This document shows, piece after piece, positions 45,541 through 57,327 of a DNA stretch of 64,000 bases. Made by a program: the position numbers and the translations under genes. This DNA comes from Carpediemonas membranifera BICM (taxonomy: Eukaryota > Protista > Fornicata), in contig JAHDYR010000015.1 in NCBI GenBank assembly GCA_019828565.1, forward strand, positions 861,996 to 925,995, written 5' to 3'. The notes beneath the pieces were generated by a model. It did no database searches and was not told the DNA's origin. It worked only from the letters and a program-made list of their open reading frames with translations. The stretch's first letter is position 1. Every line of letters begins with the position of its first letter.

Positions 45541-48500
45541 CTACTCTCCTTCCTTCTCCTCGCCTCTCTTCCTTCTCAGGTCAGACCTGAAGTTATCCAT
45601 CTTGGCTGCTAGGGTGAAGCTGAGGGCTTCGTTGGTTGCCGAGAGTCGGGCCGCGCGGCTGAGTAAGTCCTCGTTCTCTTCGGTTAGAGACGAGCACTTC
45701 TCCGTTGTCTCCCTGAGGTCCTTCCGCATCTCGTCCAACGCAGCTTGGGCTGCTCTCCGGGCTTCCCGTTCTTCCTCCAGCTCCTGGCTTTTTGGCCTTG
45801 AGCTCGTTGATGGTTCTGGCTGCAGCTTCTTCCAGCTGTTGTCTGACCTCTGCTTCTCGCCGGGCCATGGCTTGGTCCAGCAGGGCCGCTATGCCTCTGC
45901 CCAGGTCGGTGTCCTCCTGTCGTGCTCTTTTTGGGCTGCAGGTCCTCTTGGTCCACCTGTCTGACCTGGCGGGTCTTGGCTGATGGGTTGGGGGGTATGG
46001 GGGGGGCACAGCTCTTAGTTGGAGGGGGCCCGGGCTCTGTTCGCTCTGTCCTGCTACTTTGCGGTTGTTCAGTGACAATTTGCCCGCGTGGAGGGCCATA
46101 TAGGCCCCCTATGCCGCCATTCGGCAGGTAGACCTCCGTCCTCCTGTGGAGCATCTTGGCGAGTTCAGTAGCCCTTCGTCTCACCTTTGTTCGAAGCGCC
46201 TGCTTCCTCTCGGTCCTCAGTCTGTTCTTGGCGTTAGTGCTGGCGCCTTCCGGGAAAACACAGTTCAGCGTGTCCCATGGCTTCCCCCTTTTGGGTGTTC
46301 CACGCCTGAGCCCGCCAGGGCGAGTTTGCCTATCCAGGAGGCGCTCCTCAAGGTGCCCACTCGCCTCTTCCCTCTTTCTGCTGGTTCATCCGTGACACCC
46401 CAGTCCCGGGGGAGGAACGAGGGGAGGAAGTTGATGGAGCCTGTCTCCGGGTCGACACACATGTTGGCCAGGAGTTCTCGATCGTCGGCTGGGACCTCCG
46501 TGAAGTAGTTGAAGATCTTCTTCCTGGCTTCTCTGCCCATGTGGCCTCCAGCTATGTCGAATTTGTGGACGGGCATCAAAGACGCCGCTTGGGATAGGGT
46601 CATCGTTTTGGTGTCGCTGACGTCTAGAGTAAGCATCTTTTTCCGCGTCTATTTCCGTGGGCTCCCCCCTCAGGTTCGCCCAAGGGAAACCGTCTTGGAC
46701 AGCGCGGCGGCGCCCGTTCCACTCCGAGTGGATTTCCAGGAGGATGGGTCGCGCTAGTTCGCCTACTCTCGCGAGCGATTCTGGGTTTCCGATGATCACG
46801 GCTGTTCCTTCCAGGGCTCTGGTGATACCCTTTCCGGAGCTGAAATCGTTTTCCTCCCAGTTGGTCATGATAATCTGGCCCCGTTTGGGGTTCTTGGTGC
46901 CAAAGAGGTTGACTTGTTGGGACAATGGGGTTAGGCGACCGGCCGCCACGGTGCCGAGGCCGTGTCTGGCGTTGACTTTGGTCGCCAGGTCCTTGTATTC
47001 ATCATGGTACGGCGACTCCCCTGCCCATGAGCATGCTTCCTAGGGCTGTGAGGTGGGCTTCTACCTGCCCCCAGTCCCAGCCTGGGTTGTCTCTCATCCA
47101 GAACGCTGTTGCTAGTCTGGCGTAGAATATGGAGACATCTGCTAGGGCGCAGTGGCAGTGGTGGGGTGCGTGCTTGTGATAGGGGCACACCAATTTTGCC
47201 TCCGGGCGCTGTTGGTACCTTCTGGTCCAGGTCCGGCCCAGTTCGGACTGGGGTCGGGAGGGGAGGCCGGTGAGGCTCTTCTCCCCACTATTGGGGTAGA
47301 ACCAGGTCAGCGTGTCGAGGATGTTGGGGAAGATCGTGTTGAGGTCCGTTTCATCCATGAGGCGTAAGCTTAGCCAGGTGCGGAGGTTCCCGTCTGGGAC
47401 GAACTTCTCACTGGTCAGGATGCTTCTCTCAGCCTCGACTCCCTTAGCCACGATGTGGACGTGGGTCTTCTGTGGCCCCGAGTCGTCTTCCAGTCTCTTC
47501 AGCTCTGTAGCCATCTCGGTGCACCATCGCTTGGCGTGGGGGAAGTCTGCTTCGTATCCCTTGGGGGCTTTGCCCGTGGTGACGTCGACAAACGTAGCTG
47601 GTGGGCAGCCATGGATGTAGTGCGTGGCCCACAGACATTGGTCCAGGGCATCCACTGTGATGTCTTCCCCAAGCATCCCGTGCATGTAGTAGAGGATTTG
47701 CTCGTTAGCTGGGTCGAAAATCAGTGCCGCCCCTTCGCAAATGATGGCCTCGTCTCCTTGGTTGGATCTGGCTCTTCCTTCCTCAAAGTCCACCATAGCG
47801 ATCAACTGCCTGGTGGTGTTGGCTCGTTGGGTGATATTGGAACGAGGCGGGCTAGCTCCCATGCTGGGCCCGCATGTGCCCTTGTTTGGCGTGGTGGGTG
47901 TGTCATCAGGGCCGGAAGTCCTGCTGCCGCTCGGGCCCAGGGGGTTTCTTCTTCGTTAGTACCCAGGGCTCCATGAGATGCCCCATCCCGTACGGGCTCT
48001 ATAACTTGGGTCTGCCCCGTTGTGAGCCAGTAGTTAGTGATGTTGCGCGTCAGAAAGGAGGCAGACACCAGTTCGCGGGCAATCCTCGCGGGTGGGGGCC
48101 AGAGACGCCTGGTCTTATCCCATGCCGACCAGAGTTCGGGGAAGCCGGGGACTGACCACCGTTGGATGAGGTCTCTGACCTCCTCCCTCAGGTCTGCCTC
48201 TGCTGCCGAAGGCTCTTCTTCCAGGGGTGGGGGTGGGAAGACTGGCCTCATCACACCATCGGTTCTGCTGTAGATGAGGATCTCCTCGACGGGGCCCTGG
48301 GTCCAGATCTGGATGGGCGTGCCGTCTGGTCTGCGGGAAACCTCCCTCCGGGGGGTGAGGGGCGTGGTAGCCTTGCCCTTTGGCTAGTTCCCGGCCTAGG
48401 TCGGCCCAGAGCTTCTTGTTTTCGCGTCCTAGTGAGGGGAGCCCTCTGGCTGCAGCTCCCGCGGAGATGGCGTGTCCGGCGGCATGGAGGAGCCACATTG

Positions 48501-49625
48501 CAGCCTCCATCCCGTACTTGGTCTGGATGCCGTTGCCTGAGATCGAAGAATGTCCTGCAGCTTGCAGCGATGTTGCCACGAGCTCTAGGAGGAGCGTCCT
48601 TGCGACCTTTCCCGTTCGGGCAGTGAAGTCCGTTGCGTCATCTCTGGTGAAGACCATGGCAACGTCCCTTGTGGGAATAGCCGCATCTGCTGAGGCTCTG
48701 ATGCAGTCCCATTCGTCCGGTGTGGCCAGTTGCTTGCCCAGTGGCGTTAACGACTCCTTGATCCCATTTGGGGTGGTGTTTGCGCAATCCAAGGCGTCTG
48801 GGACGCTTTGGGAGCTGTTCGAGGTCATTGTGTGGCGTGGTCTCGAAAAGTCCCGGTTATGGATTCGGCCGAGATCAAGGCCCTCCTCCACGGGGAGAAG
48901 TGATGGGGTGTGTTGCTCACTAGCTGGTGCCGTCTGGCTCGTCCGGTGGGGATGTGCTACGTACTTGGAGTAGTCCGCCTGGACTCTGGGGGTAGAACAC
49001 AAATTTGGGGGACCCTGGGCGAAGCCGGCTTAGTGTCTCCGCCTGCTCTAGGTCCAGCCGGTTCCCTTCAATGAATAGCCAGTATGGCTGTTGGGCGGCT
49101 TTTGTGTACCGTCTCAGGAGGGGAAGTGATGCAAACAGCTTCTTGGCCCGGCTTTTCCGGAGCTCCCCTGGGCCTTCCTTTGCTGTAAAGCTTCCCTGTT
49201 CTGGGTCTACAATCTTGTCGTATCCTATCGCGTTGCCGAGCTGGATAATGGACGTATTTGCTTTTTCCCCTCTGGTTTTCCTGAGATCCCTTCTGGGTGC
49301 AGCCTTAAGGGCGAATAAGCCATAAATCATGCTTTCTTCCCTATCTGGCATGTCCCTGTTGGGATATTCCCCTGTTTCCATTTGGAGTGGCAAAAGGCGG
49401 GAAGTGCACTTTTGCCAGCTTCTTGGAGGGGCTTGAGGAGGTTTGGTGGAGGTTCCAAGGGGCGCCAGCCAGCGATGTCCTGGTCTTGTATGGCTCCTTT
49501 CCCTTCCTCAGGGCGGATGGTTCAGGGGCGAGGTATGCGAGGTTTGTTGCGGACCTTGTTTCCACACAAAACATGTCTGGCGAAAACCCAAAAGGGAACC
49601 TTATTGCAGGGACAGGGAGCATCAC
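45541..49625 (-). pseudogene. LINE-b large ORF1 (about 1350 codons if frameshifts are corrected)
   Basis: Chain of overlapping minus-strand ORFs. Shares LR.(Y/W)...QQ.(Y/W).(L/I)(F/W)I and SF(L/I)PRDWG blocks with LINE-a ORF1; C-terminal coiled coil. Confidence 0.65.
47002..47862 (-). CDS. DEDDh-type 3'-5' exonuclease domain with E-C-H-C Zn site (Maelstrom/arenavirus-NP-like) within LINE ORF1
   Basis: MVDFEEG..IICEG..THYIHG..IVAKGVEAERSIL..CPYH..HCALADVSIF. Confidence 0.7.
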   Translation of the reverse strand: MGASPPRSNITQRANTTRQLIAMVDFEEGRARSNQGDEAIICEGAALIFDPANEQILYYMHGMLGEDITVDALDQCLWATHYIHGCPPATFVDVTTGKAPKGYEADFPHAKRWCTEMATELKRLEDDSGPQKTHVHIVAKGVEAERSILTSEKFVPDGNLRTWLSLRLMDETDLNTIFPNILDTLTWFYPNSGEKSLTGLPSRPQSELGRTWTRRYQQRPEAKLVCPYHKHAPHHCHCALADVSIFYARLATAFWMRDNPGWDWGQVEAHLTALGSMLMGRGVAVP

Positions 49626-51348
49626 CCCACACGGGGCTGCTGTCCCTTATTCCCCATGCGTCCGTTCCATCTCTCCTTCCACCTTCACGCCTCCTCCTGG
49701 CCATTCGGCCGGCGCCTCCGCTGCCCAGCGGTCCCCAGAGGGGGAGGTGCATTACCAGGGGTTATGCACTCCGATCCCTATCGAGTCCTTGGCCCGAGTA
49801 CGGCCTGGACTCCGATTTCGGGGGCGCCGCCTCTTTCCCCGGGAAGCAGGGCCCTCTTCGCACTCCGACGGGGGATCCCATATTCCCCTCCGGGCCCCAG
49901 GGTAGTCCCTTGCCTTGTGGCGGCAGGGGCTTCACCGCTCCTTCTCGGGAGTCCCCGACTCCTGGCCCGGCGACTCCTCGGGGTTGGGAGGCGCATTTCC
50001 TGCGGACCATAGCTGACGATTTTGCCCAGGTGGACGTCCTGGCCAGCCGGTGGCGGGAGCGTGCCGCTGCTTTTTCCTACCTGGCTCAGAATTACCGTGA
50101 CGAGGACCTGAGTCCCCACGAGTCTAAGTCGGCTCGGGGTTTCGACGCTGAGCTGAGGGGCCAAATGCGGGTCTATAAGCGCCTTCGTGCTCGCATAGAC
50201 GCCCGGCTGCACCAGCTGGTTGCCATTCACGCCCCTCGTCCTGTATCTTGTGGTCGCAGCCCGGTTGTTTCCTTCCTGGGTCGCGTCACTCCCAAGAGGT
50301 TGTGAGTCCTGGTAAACACCGTGATGGTTTATGCCTTTTGGCTTCGGCTGGGCGTTTCTTGTGGGGCTGTGGACGGGGCCCTCAGCGCTCCCGGTCTGTT
50401 GTCCGGTATGGCTGGTGTACTGGGGGCCTGTTGTGGTGGCCCTGTTGCCTATGCCGGCGGCGGGCGGCGATCCCGGCTCTCGTGGCGATGACGTCCACAA
50501 GCCCGGTCTTGGGCGGCATGAGAGCACGGGCGCCGGAGTAGTGTGGCCCAGTGGCCTCCCAGTGAGAGCCTATTGGCCGCCGGTCCCGGTGCTCTCGGGT
50601 TACTTTTGCCATATGGCCCCAGTTAAGTTGTCTGAGGCAATCGTGTCGCAGTGCCTCTGGGGCCTACTGCGGGTACCGGTTACGGTAGGGGTTTCAATCA
50701 TAAAGGTGGCGCAGTACGCTTGTTCGCGTTGATTTCCCTTGTGGGTTTGTGCGAGGAGCGTTTAGTTGCGTCTGGTCCCCTTGTGGGTCCCAGGAGCATG
50801 GGCGGTAGGTTTTGTTTGTTGTTAGAGTACTGTGTATTCTGTCAACGCTTTCCTACCGAGGCTAACTTATTCCCTTTTGGGTGGTTTTTGCCTCTGTGCA
50901 TTTTTTGGGCACACGAGGACGATCATCTGTTGCTCGACATAGCTTGGCGCACGGCGAGGTATACAGGGCAGGGGAGTGGGCTCCAGGTGAGGTGCGCACC
51001 ACCTCACCTGGAGCAGCCAGTTGTCCTCTGCCGGCCCGCTCTGGCGCTAACCTGCTTCGCAACGGGCGATCTCCTCCGGGGAGCAATTTGCTTCCCCAAT
51101 GTGCCCTATGGCTAGTGGGTTAGGAGAATACTTCCCATTTCTGCTCTCGTGCCCCAGAGCAGACGAACTCTTGGTCCTGAAATTACCATTTGGTGGATGC
51201 TGGCGCCGCGGGGCACCGTCGCTCGCTTCGAGCTCGAATGGCTTTCAATGAGATCCGATAAATCCCGATTGCCAGCTTTTGGCCTTTTTCCGGTTGGTTT
51301 CGTCAACTTCCCATACCGGACATTTCAACTGGCTAGCGGTGAGTACAA

Positions 51349-52405
51349 GGGCGTCTTGGTCTTCACAGATGTCTTCACGAAATACGTGGTACTGAAGCCG
51401 GTGAGATCAACCACGGCCGCCGAGACAGCCCAAGCAATGCTAGAAGTCTGGGCCCTATTTGGGAAACCAGCGCTACTTCAAACTGATGGCGGACCGGAAT
51501 TTAGGAACCAAGTGGACGCTGAAGTCAACCGGATCCTCTCCCTCAAGCATCGTTACTCGACCCCACATCACCCAGCCTCCAACGGAATTGTTGAACGCAC
51601 GAATGGAAAAGTCCTTCGTCTGTTGCGGGGTTTACTATTTGACAACCAGGACTATGACTGGGTTCCTTTCCTCCCTTTAGTGCAGTACATCATTAATACA
51701 CGGCCAACACGGGCCACGGGGCAAGCCCCCTTACGCCTAGTGACAGGCAATTCGGGATCCGACTCCGAGCAGTTTTCAGTCGCGCAATACGAGCGGGCGT
51801 GGGCCCTATTTAAGGAAATGTCGGCGGGCCAAGCCGATTGCCTGAAGGCGTTCCGCGACGCCCTTAATACCCGCCGTCTGCAAGCCAAGGCTCATCTCCA
51901 ACGGTATAGCGAACGAAACAAGAGCGGCGAGGACAGCGACACACCTCCGAGCTTCCCGGATGGCTCCTTCGCACTCCTCCGCTACGTTGGCAGAGCTCCC
52001 AAGCTGCTCACCAGCCTCCGGGGCCCGATGAAGGTTGTACGAGCCGGCGAATCGCCCGCTACGCACGTGGTTCGCGACTTAGTGTCGCTGGCAGAGGTCC
52101 TGGTCAGCGATGAGCGACTCATTCCTGTCGAGACGCCAGAGGACGAGCAAGCCCTGATCGCTAGACTTGCCGCCGAGTGCGGTGAGTACGTGGTCGACAA
52201 TGTCTACAAGCACAGGGTCTCAAACAAGGGGTCCAAGGTCGAATTCAAAGTCCACTGGCTGGGCTACGAGCCGAGCGAAGACTCTTGGATTAGTTTTACC
52301 AGAGAAACCGACCAGCTGGAGGCCCTAGACCAATATTTGCGCGAGAACCCTGCACTAGAGCCGACTCTGGCTCGTATTCGTCGCAGGTGGCGGGCCCGGT
52401 CCTAG
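51349..52405 (+). pseudogene. gypsy A integrase core plus chromodomain
   Basis: TDGGPEF, SNGIVER, GPMKV and YVVDNVYKHR..FKVHWLGYEPSEDSW. Confidence 0.9.
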
Positions 52406-52873
52406 CCGCAGTATTAGGCAACTCAATCGGCGAGCAGCCAATTATGCTCAATTACCCCCCAGGAAGTAATTCTTCCGCCCAATATCGCTCTACACATGCT
52501 TGTTACACCTCTTTTGCGGGGAATTTCGGTCCAAACATCCCCAGTTAATCGATAGTCGATTGATTCCAAATTTTTGCGCATTGCGGGGGAACCAATGCCC
52601 GTGAGAACCTAGTGCTACAGCAGTACAATCACCTTTATATATCTCCCCATTTCCCTCGGGTTCAGCTCTCGTTGCGATCATCTTCCCCGTTCACTCTTTC
52701 GCCATCGACTCGTGTTTCGGCCACCACACGAGGTACTCAGACCTCAGACAGGAGGTGGAGGTAGGCCGCTGCAAGGGCATATCGAGTACACCCTTTCCAT
52801 TTTTTTTCCGTCCTTCGCCTCCTCCTTCTTTTCGACTCATCGCTGGGTCGTGCAGGTTAAGACCCATTCAATG

Positions 52874-52940
52874 AAAAATATGGTGACTCCGGGGGTCGAA
52901 CCCGGTTCCACCCTGAAGGAAGATCCTCGACCATCGGATG
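52874..52940 (-). other. tRNA-like D-arm/T-arm element with B-box and T5 terminator in the gypsy A 3' UTR
   Basis: ATCC-GATGGTCGA-GGAT, CCGGG-TTCGACC-CCCGG, AGTCACCA-TA-TTTTT; no acceptor-stem pairing. Confidence 0.45.
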
Positions 52941-52996
52941 GGTTTCTGACACAATTTGCAAAGTGGCTTTAATACTCTCGGTGGGGGGAGGGGTAG

Positions 52997-53104
52997 TGTC
53001 GCAATACCGTATTAATATTTATATATTTTATGGGTGTCGTCTTGGTCCTACTTGGTCCGAGACGACACCAGTGTGTCGAAATAAATTAGCGCATCGTTAC
53101 AACA
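52997..53104 (+). repeat. 3' LTR of gypsy A
   Basis: Identical to 30461-30568; preceded by PPT. Confidence 0.93.
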
Positions 53105-56100
53105 TCGTGGTCGAGAATCGCTTCAACGACGTACTCCTCTTCGTCTGTCGCCTGTAACTGGCGAGCCCTATCGAGCTCTAGCTCGTGCGGAATAACCATG
53201 AGCCTGTCCTCGTGGACGACCTTGACCTGGTCGCTAATCAGCGAGGCGATCTCCACCGCCTTGTGCCTCAAGATCTTGACGACCTTATACGGGCCTAGGA
53301 GGCCGTGGAGCTTTGACTTCCGGACTGGATTAAGCAGCACCAGGTCTCCGGCTTTCAAACCCGACTCCCGGGCTGTCGGCAGTTCTGTTTCGCTGATCAG
53401 TTGGACTAGCTCACGCTGCATCCGGGTCAGGTTGTCTCTGTGCTGTTTCGCTCTGTCGGCTGGAGTGAGGAGCTCGTCGTCATTCGTCTCACTCTCCTCC
53501 CATCTCCCCCCGATCTCAACCCTGTGACCGAAGATGATCTCGTTCGGGGTCAGTAGAGTGTCCGAGTTCGTCGTAGAGTTGAGTATGTGCTGCACGTAGG
53601 GTAGTATGTCCGACCAGCTGTCGTACTGCTGTGTCGTAAGCGTGAGCCAGCGTAGGTGTCTCGCCACCTCACCATTTCGACGCTCCACGACGCCATTCGA
53701 CTCGGGATGATAGGGTAGCGTCCTCTGGTGGTATGTGTTCAGCTGTTCGAGGAACTTCTTGACAGTGCGGTTGATGTACTCACTGCCGTTGTCTGACCTT
53801 ATCGTTCGCGGGACCCCATGACGGGCTGCTGCGAGCCACAGCGCTCTAGCTGCCTCGTCTGAGTTGTTCGCTGGCGCGGGATAGAGCTCAGTATACTTCG
53901 AGAACGTGTCGGTTATCACGAAGATAAACTTGTTGCCCTCACCGTCCTGCGTGATGGGCCCGACTGTGTCGATGGCCACCGTCTGCCAGGGCTTGCCGGC
54001 CTTAGTAGACAGTCGTTGCGTAGAGACGAAGTTCTTCAGCCTCGTCTTCAGGCACTCTGGGCAGTGGCTTGTGAAGTCTGCCACGTCGGACGTACGTCCG
54101 ATCCAGAATCCTATGGGTCGTAGAGCCTCGAGTGTCTTTTCGCGCCCTTCGTGTCGCCTGTGGGCGTGCAACAAGAGGGACTGTCTGAGGTCGTGGTCGT
54201 TTGGCACCCACGGCACTCCATCGTAGCGGTACAAACCGTCCGGGTCCCGGCTTGTCTTGGCTGAACTGGTCCAGTCGGCCACCTCATCTGCCGAGGTCCT
54301 CCCCTGCGCCGAGAGTATGGCCTTAGTGAAGTCCTCGACCTCACCCAGTATAGCCGAGCATGCGGTGGCCCGAGACAGCATGTCCGCCGCGCAGTTGTCC
54401 TTGCCGGGGATATGCTCTATGGCAAAGTCATAGTCCTGTAGGATGAGGGACCAACGAAGCAGCTTGGCGTTGACGTCACGCTTTCTACTGAGGAACGTCA
54501 AGTTCCTGTGGTCCGTTTGAACCAGGAAGGGCGCTCCTTTCAACTTGAAGAGGGAGCTGAAGTCTCGGCGTGTTAGACAGGCCAGAATGGCGAATAGCTC
54601 TTGCTCGTATGTGCTCCAGTTCTTTTGTGTGTCGTTGAACGAGCCAGAGAAAAATGAAACGACCTCCCAGTTGTCGCCGTGTTGTTGGAGCAGTATGCCG
54701 CCCCATCCGTCATCGCTCGCGTCCGTTTGTAGTCTCCACGGTGCGTTGAGGTCGGGATAATGTAGAGCGAGATTCTTCTTCACCTCACTCTTGAAGTCCT
54801 TGAAGGCTTGTTCTTGCTTATCTCCCCAAATCCGCTCACTGCTAGTTTGTTTCATCTGTGATATAGGCTTGAGAAGGCGCGATGAGTCTTGAACGAACTT
54901 CGAAACGTAGTTGAACGAACCGAGGAGGCGCTCCAGCTCCTTAACGGTATGTGGGCGCGGTAACTCTATAATGGACTTGATCCTGTCCTCTGAGAGCTTC
55001 ATTCCCTCGCTGTTCAAGACATAGCCGACGACCTCAGTTTCTGGCGTCCCTAAACTGCACTTTGGAGCTTTGAGCCGCAGGTTGTACTCCCTACAGATCT
55101 GTAGCGTGTGTCTAACAACATCAATGAAGGAATCGCCATCTCTTGCATACAGCATGATGTCATCTAAGTATATTGCGGCCCCTTTGTGTAGAATCGGGGC
55201 GAAAGCTGTGTCCATGGCCCTCTGGAATCTCGATGGAGCATTTCGAAGGCCGAATGGGCACCGTAGAAACTCTGCATATGCGTCTGGTGTTACAAAGGCT
55301 GTCTTCGGGATGTCTTGTTCCGCCATCTTCATCTGGTAATAGCCTTGGCGCAAGTCTAAGCTGCCATAGAACTGTGCGCCCGCCGCCTCCCGCACATAGG
55401 TTCTGATGTCAGGCAACGGGTAGTGGTCAGGCTCTGTGATCTCGTTCAAAGCCTTGAAGTCGACACATAGACGTATCTTCTGCGAGCCTTTGTGCCCGCC
55501 GGTCACGACGACCACTGGGGATGAGTGGGGGCCTCTGCTGTCTCGTATGAAGCCTTGTTCTCTCAGTCGGGCTACCTCGTCTGCCACAAGGTCCCTCTTC
55601 GTGTTGCCCAGCGGGCGTGCCTTAATCTGCACCAGTTTGCTTTCAACGAGCTCGATTGTCATCGGTTCCAGTTTCGAGCCTTCTGGCGGAAGATTCTCGT
55701 CAAAAACATCTTCGTAGTCCTTGACCAGTGCTCTGAGTTTCCCTTGGATCTCGCTCTTCGGGATATGGATTGAGGATATTCCTTCCTCGGCGACTGTGCT
55801 ATTTCTAGCGGCAATGGCGTTGAGTTCTTCTTCAATAACGCATAGGTATTCGTTGTTGGCAAGGAATTCGTCGTTTGCTTCCTCCTTGTTGGCACTCTTC
55901 TCGGAACGGAAAGACATGTGGAACCCCTCGTTCGAGAGGAATCCCAGTGATCTGAGGTCCTTGGTACCCATAATAAGCTTCTCCTGCGTACCATCCAGCA
56001 CGTAGAACCTGATCTTACAGACGATGTCCATCTTCTCGAGATGGGTAAATCGCACCGTCAAATCCACCGCTTCTTGCACCGTCACGAGACTGCCCTGCGC

Positions 56101-57225
56101 CAGCCTGACCAGGAACTTGGCGCATCGCTTCGTAGGCACATGGTGCTTCTCAGACCGCAGTCTCGCTTACAGTCGTGAGGAAATGAAGGATCTCGACGCT
56201 CCAGTGTCAATCATCAAGCGGTACTCCTGGCCATTTATCTCCACCTCCGTCATGAGGACCTCTTCTTCCTCGGCGGCGTTGGCTTCGACAGGCTGTCGCG
56301 GCTTGATTTCAGCGGTAGAGCGGAGGCGTCCGTTCTCGCGGGATCGACGTTGAGGGCAGTCGTTGTCGTAATGCTGCCCTTGGCAGAAGCGGCAGGGTCG
56401 AAAGGGCTTCTTGGTGGCCTTGAGCTGGTCTCGCCCGGTGGGCGGGAGCCGACGGTCGTCGTCTTGTTGATCGTGGAGCTAGTGGGGGCGCTGTCAGGGG
56501 AGTCCGTGGTGGGCGTGTTCTCGTCTTCCACCGAAGCTACTATCTTAGCTAGTTTCATGAGCTCGTTGATGTTCTTCGGCTTGATGAGCGTTCTTTCGAG
56601 TTCGAGCTTCTTGTAGAACACCTTGGGTTTGAGGCGGTACATAAAGGCCTTACAGAGGACCTTGTCGAAGTGTTCCGCTCTCAGGGCGGCTAGCTCGCTG
56701 TCGGAGGCTGGTCTTTCTTGCTCCTTCTTGACAGCATTTCCTTCGTCGTCTTACCTTACCTTACCTTACCTTACCTTACAGGACGGCGACAGTCTCCTTC
56801 ACGCGCCTCTGTAGCGGCGAGAGGGCGTGGTTAAGGGCCGTTTCACGGCAGGCAACCTCTTTCACGAGGTCGGTGTACTCAGAAAAGTCGGCGCAGTAGT
56901 TTCTCATGGCCGCTGAGCGATTGAGTCCCTTGCTAGTTAAAGGACAGTCAATTGCATCAACGGCGTCCTTCAAGGCTCCCAAGGACTTCGGGATAGCCTC
57001 ACTGCGTAGGTAAGTAATCGTCTGCTCGAGGGAAAGCTCTTCAATGCTCTTCCCTTGATTAAACTCTTCAGCGGCGCGTTGGAGCGATTCAGGCAGAAGC
57101 ACCCCAGGCGGGAAATCGGCGTTTTGTGCCACCCAAATGCGCGCGGCCCGTTTGAAGTCACGAATGGCCGGGAGAGTTATCTTTTTGGGATCAAGGCTCG
57201 GCACATCTACAGTAATGTTAACCAT
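53105..57225 (-). pseudogene. gypsy B gag and pol (PR, RT, RH, IN, 5' part of chromodomain)
   Basis: IDTGAS, LDLRQGYYQ, YLDD, TDAS, SDNGSEY and GPYKV; gag broken by a TAAGG insertion. Confidence 0.92.
56750..56779. repeat. (CTTAC)6, equal to a (TAAGG)n array, inserted in gypsy B gag
   Basis: Removing 28 nt restores VL|DDEGNAVK. Confidence 0.85.
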
Positions 57226-57252
57226 GCCCAGTCGTCCAGAAAGTGATCACTT

Positions 57253-57327
57253 TGTGTCGGAACTATTTAATAAGGTAAACCTGCTTGGTGGTAATAATGG
57301 CCACAACTATTCTGGAGCCCCACGACA
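57253..57327 (-). repeat. 5' LTR of gypsy B
   Basis: Identical to 30232-30306. Confidence 0.92.

Larger units (their letters stand above)
40576..51330 (-). mobile_element. APE-RT LINE family b, 10.75 kb; 18-bp TSD GGCTAGCGGTGAGTACAA
   Basis: TSD at 40558-75 and 51331-48 inside the gypsy A integrase; 3' end TAAATTTCTTTCTTTCT. Confidence 0.92.
30461..53104 (+). mobile_element. Ty3/gypsy chromovirus A; 108-bp identical LTRs, TCGT TSD
   Basis: LTRs at 30461-30568 and 52997-53104; PPT 52983-93. Gag with CGKCGGWHWDNQC, PR IDTGA, RT YIDD, RNase H TDAS, integrase and chromodomain, interrupted by two LINEs. Confidence 0.95.
30232..57327 (-). mobile_element. Ty3/gypsy chromovirus B; 75-bp identical LTRs, CCAC TSD
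   Basis: LTRs at 30232-30306 and 57253-57327; TSD at 30228-31 and 57328-31; PPT 30312-21; gag from 57225. The chromodomain rejoins across element A (EAILDHD|SKKKTLQVKWLDY). Confidence 0.93.

Noticed and set aside
52874-52950. Functional tRNA (possible UCA anticodon)
   Set aside because: No acceptor stem and about 5 nt too short between the D and T arms; kept only as tRNA-like.
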